Assembly (NCBI GenBank): GCA_038064375.1
Contig: JBBTTF010000001.1
Location: 125,572 to 189,571 of the forward strand
Direction: 5' to 3'
Source of the DNA: Patescibacteria group bacterium
Lineage (GTDB): Bacteria; Patescibacteriota; Saccharimonadia; Saccharimonadales; UBA4665
DNA length: 64,000 bases
The first letter of the stretch is position 1. Every line of letters begins with the position of its first letter. Under the pieces are notes generated by a model. That model saw nothing but the letters and a program-made list of their open reading frames with translations, searched no databases and was not told the DNA's origin. The position numbers and the translations under genes are program-made. Shown piece after piece: positions 43,942 through 51,179 of the stretch.

Positions 43942-45380
43942 CCGCGCGTACCCTTGTGGAATAGCACAACCCAAAACGTCTTAATCAAGATCACCATATC
44001 GCCCCAGAAGCTCCAGTTTTGAACATAATATAGGTCGAGTTTGCGGCGCTCCGAAAAGCTGAGGTCACTGACACCAGATATTTGGGCTAAGCCTGTCAGG
44101 CCGGATTTGACGCTTAGGATCAGGTTCTTTTGGTCGTACTTGTCTAGCTCGTAGGCTACCAAGGCACGTGGACCAACAAGACTAATATCGCCGCGGACGA
44201 CGTTGATTAACTGGGGTAGTTCGTCAATCGAAGTTCTGCGCAAGAATCGACCGATACGGGTTGTGCGCGGGTCGTTGTCTAGACGGTCGCCATTTTTGCG
44301 GTATTCGTCCACTAGTTCTGGCCGACCCATTTTGACAAAGGCTTCCTCAGGCTGCATGCCGCTGTACTTAGGGTTGTGTGAGCGGAACTTAAAGATCTTG
44401 ACGCGAGTATTAAAGCGGCTTAACCGTTCCTGTCGGAAGAATATTGGCCCGCCATCGGACAGCTTAACGGCGATTGCCGCCACTAACATGATTGGCGAGG
44501 CCGCAATCAGCATAATTGTACCCAAGAACAGATCACTCAGACGTTTAACAACACGTCCCCAACCGATCAAAGCGGTCTGGTGAACGGCAATAATCGGTAC
44601 GGCGTGGAAGAGGTCGACCTCGATTTTGCCAACAAACAGTTCGCTATTGCCCGGCACAAAGCGGTAGGCGGAGTGGTTCTCTTGGGCGTAGGTTAGGATT
44701 TCGTCGTTCTTGTCGTTGTCGGCGTAGAGTTCGGTCTGAATGATGGTGTGTAGCGGCTGGCCATGCTTGTGGGCTATAGCGTCTGTAAAGCTTTTGTACT
44801 GGTGGTAAGGCGCTTCTTCCTTAAAGGGGTTCTTAACCCCGCCAACAACACCTAAAATCTTGTAGCCCGTTATCCGTGTATTAATCAGGGCGTCAATAAG
44901 GCGCTGAGTAGTCTTGGTGTCACCAACTAGCAGAACGTTATTAATACCAAAACCATAGCTAAACAATCTTCGACGTATGCCGCGGGCTATGGTGCGGAAA
45001 ATGAGCACGCAGAAGAAAGCCAAGGCAAAGCCGTAAACAGTCACTAGACGAGCAGGGAATATAGCCGTATCGGTAAAGTAGCTGTAGCTGATAACAAACA
45101 GAATGCCGATGAATGTTCCAATCAACAGTCTGCCAAATTCGGCGAAGCGCTTTTCGTAGATCCGTAGATTATAAAGGCCGAGCAGACCGAAGATAAAAAT
45201 CCAAAACGGCAACAGGCTAACAAGGATGGTCAGGTAGGTGTGTGCACGGACGTCGGCACTCAATGGTTGGTGGCTAAGACTGACTCGCAGCAGATAGGCA
45301 ATACTAAAAGCAACGATAATCGCCAAGGCGTCACCAATTATCAGACAAACGTTATAGATGAGCGAAGCGTTGTTTTTCAT
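43938..45380 (-). CDS. polyprenyl-phosphate glycosyl-1-phosphate transferase (WbaP/CpsE/WsaP-type initiating enzyme)
   Basis: Four or five N-terminal TM helices are followed by a C-terminal bacterial sugar-transferase domain: DGGPIFFRQERLS, SIDELPQLINVVRGDISLVGPRA, GLTGLAQISG. The protein is 480 aa. Confidence 0.88.
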   Translation of the reverse strand: MKNNASLIYNVCLIIGDALAIIVAFSIAYLLRVSLSHQPLSADVRAHTYLTILVSLLPFWIFIFGLLGLYNLRIYEKRFAEFGRLLIGTFIGILFVISYSYFTDTAIFPARLVTVYGFALAFFCVLIFRTIARGIRRRLFSYGFGINNVLLVGDTKTTQRLIDALINTRITGYKILGVVGGVKNPFKEEAPYHQYKSFTDAIAHKHGQPLHTIIQTELYADNDKNDEILTYAQENHSAYRFVPGNSELFVGKIEVDLFHAVPIIAVHQTALIGWGRVVKRLSDLFLGTIMLIAASPIMLVAAIAVKLSDGGPIFFRQERLSRFNTRVKIFKFRSHNPKYSGMQPEEAFVKMGRPELVDEYRKNGDRLDNDPRTTRIGRFLRRTSIDELPQLINVVRGDISLVGPRALVAYELDKYDQKNLILSVKSGLTGLAQISGVSDLSFSERRKLDLYYVQNWSFWGDMVILIKTFWVVLFHKGTRG

Positions 45381-45407
45381 GGGTAAGCTATAATAAATTG
45401 TAACATT

Positions 45408-46721
45408 ATGAAAGTATCGGCACTGAAGTACACGGTTCTGTCGTGGGCAAGTGGACTAACCATGGCCATCTTGTTGTTGACGCCCTTCCACGCTCTCCTT
45501 ACTGTTTGGGGCTCTAGTCTGATTGGTCACTATACGGCGCTTCGCCTCTGGAAAGAGAGTCTTTTGGCGCTTTGTATCATCGGTGTTGTCTATCTAATAG
45601 CCACCGATCACAAGATACGAAGTCACACCATGTCACGGCGACTTGTCTGGCTGATCTTGGTCTACATGTTGCTCAATGTTGTATGGGGTCTTTTGGCTCT
45701 AAATGAGCACAATATAACCGCCAAAGCCATGGGCTACGGGCTTATTATCAATCTAAGATTTTTGGCTTTCTTCTTGGTAACATGGGCGATTGCGCTGCGA
45801 CTGGGGCGATTGCGTGGTAACTGGTGGCGCTTAGCGCTGTGGCCGGCTGCTGGCGTTGTTGGCTTTGGGCTACTGCAGATTATTGTTTTGCCGCATGACT
45901 TTTTGCGACATTTTGGCTACAGTGTGGCCACGATTGAGCCGTTTGAGACGATTAACAATAACCTCAACTACGTACGAATTTCGTCTACGCTGCGAGGTGC
46001 AAATCCACTCGGCGCCTATCTGTTAATTCCAATCAGCTTGTTGACCGTGGGGTTACTGCGAACGGGGCGGAACTGGCGTCAAGCTGCCTTTTTGGCTTCA
46101 GCTTTACTGGTGCTCTTCTTTAGCTTTTCGCGTAGTGCGTGGATCGGTGCAGCCTTGAGCATTGCGGTTGTCGCCTTTTATAGCCTAAAAACTGCGCGCG
46201 CCAAGCAGTATGCCATCATTACTGTCAGTTGTTTGATGTTCTTTGGAGTGGGTTTGTACGCTGGCCTACGACACAATACGCATTTTGAGAACTTTGTATT
46301 CCATACCCAGACCAACTCTACTGTTAAGGTAAGCTCTAATGACGGACATATATCAGCGCTTAGAAACGGGTTGAGCGACATCAAGCACGAACCGCTCGGC
46401 TCTGCACCGGGAACGGCGGGGCCAGCTAGTGTCTACAATGATGGCAAGACACGCATAGCCGAGAACTACTTTATCCAAATTGGGCAGGAGACTGGTCTCT
46501 TGGGGTTGCTAATGTTTGTGATGATTAACGCCGGTGTTGGCTATCTTTTGTGGTCTCGTCGAGCTGATCCTTTGGCACTTGGTTTGTTTGCTAGCTTGAT
46601 CGGGCTGACATTTATCAATCTGTTATCGCATGCTTGGACTGACGATACCTTGGCTTATGTTTGGTGGGGTCTGGCCGGTATTGCCATGGTTATGCCTAAC
46701 AAGATTAAGAAAGATTTCTAA
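45408..46721 (+). CDS. O-antigen ligase/polymerase-family membrane protein (Wzy_C-type)
   Basis: 437 aa with about 11 TM helices. The motifs are LVLFFSFSRSAWIGAALSIAVV and a downstream loop with HISALRNGL...GPASVYNDG, as in WaaL/O-OTase-type proteins. Confidence 0.7.
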   Translation: MKVSALKYTVLSWASGLTMAILLLTPFHALLTVWGSSLIGHYTALRLWKESLLALCIIGVVYLIATDHKIRSHTMSRRLVWLILVYMLLNVVWGLLALNEHNITAKAMGYGLIINLRFLAFFLVTWAIALRLGRLRGNWWRLALWPAAGVVGFGLLQIIVLPHDFLRHFGYSVATIEPFETINNNLNYVRISSTLRGANPLGAYLLIPISLLTVGLLRTGRNWRQAAFLASALLVLFFSFSRSAWIGAALSIAVVAFYSLKTARAKQYAIITVSCLMFFGVGLYAGLRHNTHFENFVFHTQTNSTVKVSSNDGHISALRNGLSDIKHEPLGSAPGTAGPASVYNDGKTRIAENYFIQIGQETGLLGLLMFVMINAGVGYLLWSRRADPLALGLFASLIGLTFINLLSHAWTDDTLAYVWWGLAGIAMVMPNKIKKDF

Positions 46722-46787
46722 AAAACAGCCCGCGTAACGGAATACTACGGATTTGCAAACAAGCACATAGCGTGGCATTATTGGATT

Positions 46788-47195
46788 ATGGATATAGAAA
46801 AAGCTCAAGAGGGTGGAAAATCGATCGTAACCTTTAATGATGCAGATGAACGATTTCTGTTCGGACGGCATACTTTCATGGAGGTGCCCACGCTCATTGG
46901 ACAAGGCCACAAGACGGTCGCCTTTGACCAAACACCACCAACTCCATTAGATTTGTTTAGGCCTACAAGTCGCTACTATCTAAAGCAGTTGCAAAGATTT
47001 GAAGAAAACGCAGTCGAGACTTTTGAACAGCCCGTAGAAGTATCCGACGAACAGCTTATACAACTTGGTGCCGAGCTTTTAAGAATCCAAGCATACGGCC
47101 CAGAACGAACTGCCAAAGCTAGAAATATGGCGGTAGTTATTACTGGACATTTCGCAGAACAAGCGGAAGAAGCTGCAGAAGCCGCACACGTGTAG
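46788..47195 (+). CDS. hypothetical protein (135 aa, acidic)
   Basis: A clean ORF with no recognised motif. Confidence 0.5.
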   Translation: MDIEKAQEGGKSIVTFNDADERFLFGRHTFMEVPTLIGQGHKTVAFDQTPPTPLDLFRPTSRYYLKQLQRFEENAVETFEQPVEVSDEQLIQLGAELLRIQAYGPERTAKARNMAVVITGHFAEQAEEAAEAAHV

Positions 47196-47233
47196 ACTTT
47201 AACTATAGACTCCAACCGTGGCATAATTAGGAT

Positions 47234-47713
47234 ATGAACGAAAAGCAAACATCCGCCCAAAAATCAGTCCGACCAACCAAGAAGCAAAAAGAGCTGTTAG
47301 ATTTTATCAGCTCGTTTATTGCTGAGCATGGCTATAGCCCCAGTTACCGCGAGATAATGAGTGGCCTTAGCTACAACTCTGTGGCGACAGTCTCGCTGCA
47401 CGTCAACAGCCTTATTAAGCGCGGTCATTTGCGCAAACGGGATCACTCCGCACGGTCGCTAGAGGTTGTTCAGTCGTCGTCAGAGTCAGCGAAGATTGTT
47501 TCGAACCAGATAGCACCAAGTGAAGAAAAGTGGCTAGTCGAGAAGGTCGAACACGCCTTCCAACAAGTTGAGAATCTCGGTGGTGAGCTTGCCGAAGCCG
47601 GCTTTGATCATCTCTACGTATTGATCGGTGCGCTAAAGGTCTTGGGTCTAGAAGGTGCCGCGCAGAGCTTCATGCCACGATTAACAGCGCTCAAGCAACG
47701 CCAAACCACCTAA
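47234..47713 (+). CDS. LexA-like winged-helix DNA-binding protein lacking the S24 peptidase domain
   Basis: LexA N-terminal-domain pattern: TKKQKELLDFISSFIAEHGYSPSYREIMSGLSYNSVATVSLHVNSLIKRGHLRK. The remaining ~85 aa have no Ala-Gly cleavage site and no Ser/Lys dyad context. An AGGA ribosome-binding site is present. Confidence 0.65.
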   Translation: MNEKQTSAQKSVRPTKKQKELLDFISSFIAEHGYSPSYREIMSGLSYNSVATVSLHVNSLIKRGHLRKRDHSARSLEVVQSSSESAKIVSNQIAPSEEKWLVEKVEHAFQQVENLGGELAEAGFDHLYVLIGALKVLGLEGAAQSFMPRLTALKQRQTT

Positions 47714-47784
47714 ACTACGAAGAGTATTTGCAGTAATTAATACTATATCTAGCGTAGCGACGGCCTGCTACACTACTAAATAGT

Positions 47785-47890
47785 AAAGGTGAGTTAACAA
47801 ACAGATGCTGGAATCCCGTGTAATTCGGGAACTGTGCCGCAACGGTAAATCCTCTGGTCAACCCATGCAGGAAAGTCCGATACAGCTGAC
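47785..47890 (+). promoter_or_regulatory. cobalamin (B12) riboswitch-like aptamer, compact form
   Basis: GGUGAGUUAA...GCUGGAAUCCCGUGUAAUUCGGGAACUGUGCCGCAACGGUAAA (core 47807..47849) parallels the E. coli btuB leader GUGAGUUAAUAGGGAAUCCAGUGCGAAUCUGGAGCUGACGCGCAGCGGUAAGG as I remember it, including the 4-bp stem with a 7-nt loop (CCCG-UGUAAUU-CGGG). A B12-box-like AGUCCGAUACAGCUG lies at 47874..47888. GCUG (47807..47810) can pair with CAGC (47883..47886) as a closing stem. Confidence 0.6.
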
Positions 47891-47938
47891 AAAAAGTCTC
47901 TCGAGCAAGAGCAAATGAAGCCCTAACCGTCTTCTTAG

Positions 47939-47969
47939 CCCTCGCTCGATAGAGTAGAGGGTATTTTTT
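47939..47969 (+). terminator. intrinsic terminator / SD-sequestering hairpin (riboswitch expression platform)
   Basis: The hairpin is CCCUC-G-CUC GAUA GAG-UA-GAGGG, followed by UAUUUUUU and then directly by the ATG at 47970. The 3' arm GAGGG is the only Shine-Dalgarno-like element for the downstream CDS. Confidence 0.6.
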
Positions 47970-49550
47970 ATGGCCGTTGCAGCCGCCGAGCAAATCAATT
48001 ATTCATCAGGTACAGAACAGCCGCATCTAGCTGAAGCTGTTCAGCGACCAGCCGCAATCCTAGTATCCGAACTGACTGGATACGAGTTTATACAGCGACG
48101 AGCTGACCGTTTTGTTAGTCAAGCAATCGGTTCTGTCGCTTTATCCGCAGAGGTCGAGAAGTCACACGAAAACCGTCCTATAACATCACTCCATGACGCT
48201 ATTCATCGTGCCCCAACAGAGTCGGAGGCGCGCAAGGTGGTTTACGCCAATGCAGCCTCTGACGTCATTGAGAGGACTCTCAAGACTGGCCATGTACGAT
48301 CAACCATAATGGAGGTTGATGAAGATGGCGTAATACAGCAGCATGGCCAGAGCCTTGAGTCGGTTCAGGCCAACAGTCTTCTCTATACGACTGATGAATG
48401 GAAGATGCGTGAGCGAACCGTCGCCGAGGCAAACAATGCAATTAGAATGCAATGGCTACATTCACAGGGTCTACTCGAAGAATATAGTTTTGTGACCATA
48501 TCTTGTGCAGCAGACAATATGAGTGTTCAAGAAATGAAGGACAACGGCTTCTTTACGGATACTATGAGCTTATCCATACAGGCAACCGGCTCGAGAGAGA
48601 CGACTGTCACTACGGAGTCTGCTTTTGCTTCTGGGGTTAAGTCTCCAAATGCACCAAGACACGATCTGCAGGCAGTTGTAGCCTTGGCCAAAAAGTACAA
48701 CATTGACCTGACAGGTAAGTCGGCAGCCGAAATTATTGATACGCCGTTTCTTGTTCGGAACGATTTGATACCCAACGGGGTAGTTGATTTGGTCAGAGAT
48801 TTTGACGATTGTGTCGACAGTACTGGCAACACTTTCTTTGGAGAGGATAGACCCCGCCAAGACTATATTGAGTATCTACGATCTTGTAGTCAGCGCGAAA
48901 AAACATTCCAATCAAAAGTCGAGTTAATCACACAGGATCTAATTAATCAGAGACATACGATTAATACACCTATGGATGCTATTGAAAGACTCAATGAACT
49001 ATCTGAGGAGTATATGGTTTTGAAGGCCGTAGAGGACACCTCAATTAACCCTCAGGTCTTTGGTCCAGTTTCTGCTGGGCATATTGAGCAAGCTCGAGCC
49101 CACGCAGCTTTGGGTAACAAAGAGCTTAGTCGGGCGGCAACCAAGAAAGCTATAGAAACAGCCGATTCTGATTCTTGCTCAGCAGTTTATAAGAAAAACG
49201 CCGCCAAAGAGCCAGACGAAGGCATAGAGGGCTCATCAAAGGAAGAATGGCATAGCGGCAAAATATTTCGTAACACCAAATGCAAATCCTGCGACAAAAC
49301 CAAAAAAGAAGTAGGCGCATGTCATATTTGCGAGGATTGCGTTAACAACCCGACAAAGCGAGAAAAAAAGTACAATCAGTACAAGGCTGACCAAAAAGCT
49401 AAGCAAGCAAACTCGAATATATTTTTACTAGGGCTTAATAACAACAAGCCACCCAAAAAACTTGCGGATGTAATCTCTCTAGCAGAAAAACGTCGAGCAA
49501 AGATTGCAAATGAGCGTAAAGCTGCCAAGCTGGCAATGCAGGCTGCTTAG
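47970..49550 (+). CDS. hypothetical 526-aa soluble protein with C-terminal CxxC...CxxC zinc-ribbon-like motif and Lys-rich tail
   Basis: A clean ORF immediately after the riboswitch terminator. The Cys4 motif is TKCKSCDKTKKEVGACHICEDC. No TM segment, signal peptide or recognisable enzyme motif. Confidence 0.6.
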   Translation: MAVAAAEQINYSSGTEQPHLAEAVQRPAAILVSELTGYEFIQRRADRFVSQAIGSVALSAEVEKSHENRPITSLHDAIHRAPTESEARKVVYANAASDVIERTLKTGHVRSTIMEVDEDGVIQQHGQSLESVQANSLLYTTDEWKMRERTVAEANNAIRMQWLHSQGLLEEYSFVTISCAADNMSVQEMKDNGFFTDTMSLSIQATGSRETTVTTESAFASGVKSPNAPRHDLQAVVALAKKYNIDLTGKSAAEIIDTPFLVRNDLIPNGVVDLVRDFDDCVDSTGNTFFGEDRPRQDYIEYLRSCSQREKTFQSKVELITQDLINQRHTINTPMDAIERLNELSEEYMVLKAVEDTSINPQVFGPVSAGHIEQARAHAALGNKELSRAATKKAIETADSDSCSAVYKKNAAKEPDEGIEGSSKEEWHSGKIFRNTKCKSCDKTKKEVGACHICEDCVNNPTKREKKYNQYKADQKAKQANSNIFLLGLNNNKPPKKLADVISLAEKRRAKIANERKAAKLAMQAA

Positions 49551-49572
49551 TTTGAGCTCAACAGACTATAAT

Positions 49573-50184
49573 ATGCCCATGACTCACAAGACACACCGCA
49601 GAATAGGTATCTACGCCGGCACCTTCGATCCAGTGCATTCCGGCCACGTAACCTTTGCCCTGCAAGCCCTGCAAGCTGCCAACCTCGACAAAGTTTACTT
49701 CTTGCCAGAGCGTCAACCGCGCAACAAGCAGAACGCCGAGCATTTTGGCCATCGTGTGGCCATGCTCAATCGAGCCATTAAGCCCCATCCGCAGTTCGAC
49801 ATAATCGAGCTAGTTGATGTTAACTTTAGCGTTGATAGAACGCTTCCCAAGTTGCAGAAGCAATTTGAAGATGATCAACTGGTGTTTTTATTTGGATCCG
49901 ATGTATTGGCGGGCCTGCAATCATGGCCAAAAGTTGAGAGGTTGCTGTCAGAAACCGAACTTGTGATTGGTCTAAGGCATCAAGATAGCCGTGAGGATAT
50001 GCACAAACTTATCGAAGCATGGCCACTGCAGCCAAAAGTGCTGACTATGTTCCCGAGCTATGCCCCAGAAGTGTCATCAGGCCGTGTTCGTGAGGCGCTG
50101 CGCGAGCGCAAACCAACCAATGGAATCCTGACCAGCGTAGAGCGCTACAGCAACAAAAACTGGCTCTACGTCTCTCTTACCTAG
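49573..50184 (+). CDS. nadD: nicotinate/nicotinamide-nucleotide adenylyltransferase (cytidylyltransferase fold)
   Basis: The start at ATG 49573 (MPMTHKTHRRIGIYAGTFDPVHSGHV) carries the (H/T)xGH motif. A C-terminal EVSSGRVREAL (SxxxxR motif) is also present. The track ORF start at 49504 would overlap the previous gene. Confidence 0.7.
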   Translation: MPMTHKTHRRIGIYAGTFDPVHSGHVTFALQALQAANLDKVYFLPERQPRNKQNAEHFGHRVAMLNRAIKPHPQFDIIELVDVNFSVDRTLPKLQKQFEDDQLVFLFGSDVLAGLQSWPKVERLLSETELVIGLRHQDSREDMHKLIEAWPLQPKVLTMFPSYAPEVSSGRVREALRERKPTNGILTSVERYSNKNWLYVSLT

Positions 50185-50213
50185 TTGACAGAGCTTAAGC
50201 GTATTGATAGTAT
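50185..50213 (+). promoter_or_regulatory. near-consensus sigma70-type promoter with no annotated gene downstream (TTGACA, 17 nt, TAGTAT)
   Basis: TTGACA is at 50185..50190, beginning 1 nt after the nadD stop. TAGTAT is at 50208..50213. Confidence 0.45.
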
Positions 50214-50219
50214 AGGTGC

Positions 50220-50420
50220 ACTTCATTGATTCGCAATCTAGCATTTCATGAGAGACAAAAACTACAACTAAAAAAGTTCGTATGCGACAGGCATTGTTGT
50301 GCGTTGTCGCGGTGACAGTGAGAGGGAAAGTGTCCGTAAAAATAAAGATAGTTAAGACGCCCGAAGTTCGGGTTAAAGTCCATGTTAGCCGCCCTGAGTG
50401 GCGTGAATTTTTGTCCTACT
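50220..50420 (+). ncRNA. candidate ~200-nt small RNA (or tiny-ORF transcript), identity unknown
   Basis: It lies between the 3' ends of convergent nadD and the DsbA-like gene. It contains several tight hairpins: GCGACA-15 nt-UGUCGC at about 50285..50311 and CCCGA-AGU-UCGGG at about 50360..50372. It ends in a weak CGCC/GGCG hairpin followed by UGAAUUUUU. It did not match RNase P, SRP, tmRNA or 6S motifs that I can recall. Confidence 0.3.
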
Positions 50421-50426
50421 AAGTTA

Positions 50427-51092
50427 CTAGTTCTGGCTGGTTGAGCTAGACTTGCTCTTGATAGCTGCGTCGATGATCTTTTGGAAAGATTCGACACTAT
50501 TAGTGATTTCGGTTTTTTTGCCGTTTACGAAGAAGGCAGGAGTGCCGGTGACTTCTAACTTGGTAGCTTCGGCGGTGTCGGCATTGATTGTGTCGTTAAC
50601 TTTGCTGCTGGCAAAATCTGATGCGAACTGAGTCGTGTTAAGTCCTAGGCCCTTAGCGTATTCCTTAAAGTACGGTGTTGGGTCGCTAGCCTTAGTCCAT
50701 GTCTGCCAGTCGGAAGCTTGGTACAAAGCATCGTGCATCTCCCAGAATTTACCCTGAAGCGCAGCGGCTTGAGCAGCACGGGCGGCAGCGAAGGCGTTCT
50801 GGTGGATGTTAACTAGAGGAAAGTTGCGGAACTGGAACTTAATCTTGTCGCCATAGATGGCTTTGACTTGAGCTACGGTTGGCGCATATTGCTGGCAGTA
50901 AGGACATTGGAAGTCGCCATACTCTACAATCGTTACGCCTGCGGTTCCGGCACCTTGAATGTTTTGACTTAACGCGGGGGCGTTGGCCTTGCCATCAGAG
51001 CTTTTGGATCCACTATCTTTACCTGTTAATGCAACAATTCCAACAAATACTAGGATAATCGCTACTAAGACTCCCAAAAACTGCTTTGACAT
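50427..51092 (-). CDS. membrane-anchored DsbA-family thiol:disulfide oxidoreductase
   Basis: An N-terminal TM helix (LGVLVAIILVFVGIVAL) is followed by a thioredoxin-fold CxxC motif, GDFQCPYCQ. The protein is 221 aa. Confidence 0.85.
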   Translation of the reverse strand: MSKQFLGVLVAIILVFVGIVALTGKDSGSKSSDGKANAPALSQNIQGAGTAGVTIVEYGDFQCPYCQQYAPTVAQVKAIYGDKIKFQFRNFPLVNIHQNAFAAARAAQAAALQGKFWEMHDALYQASDWQTWTKASDPTPYFKEYAKGLGLNTTQFASDFASSKVNDTINADTAEATKLEVTGTPAFFVNGKKTEITNSVESFQKIIDAAIKSKSSSTSQN

Positions 51093-51179
51093 GTATAACT
51101 CCCAATTACTTTAATAAAGTATACAGCAATCTCTGGCTGGCTTTGTAATGAACGGTAGACGTTATAAGCTAAAGAGGTA

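Noticed and set aside
47866-47882. GCAGGAAAGUCCGAUAC resembles the universally conserved GAGGAAAGUCCGGGC (P4/CR-I) of RNase P RNA, and rnpA is present in this window.
   Set aside because: The other RNase P hallmarks (GGUAAGGGUGAAA, ACAGAACCCGGCUUA, a structured RNA of 330-400 nt) are absent. The downstream sequence is a terminator followed by a long CDS, and the upstream sequence fits the cobalamin aptamer much better. I treat the motif as part of the B12-box region.
47715-47993. A 92-aa minus-strand ORF covering the gap between the LexA-like gene and the 526-aa gene.
   Set aside because: It lies exactly on the riboswitch-like element and terminator on the other strand. It has no Shine-Dalgarno sequence, its composition is odd and Arg/Cys-rich, and it would overlap the start of the 526-aa CDS. 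It is most likely a shadow ORF.
50246-50497. An 83-aa minus-strand ORF in the nadD/DsbA-like gap.
   Set aside because: Its start overlaps the 3' end of the DsbA-like CDS in another frame. It has no ribosome-binding site and a low-complexity composition. The region is better explained as non-coding or sRNA.
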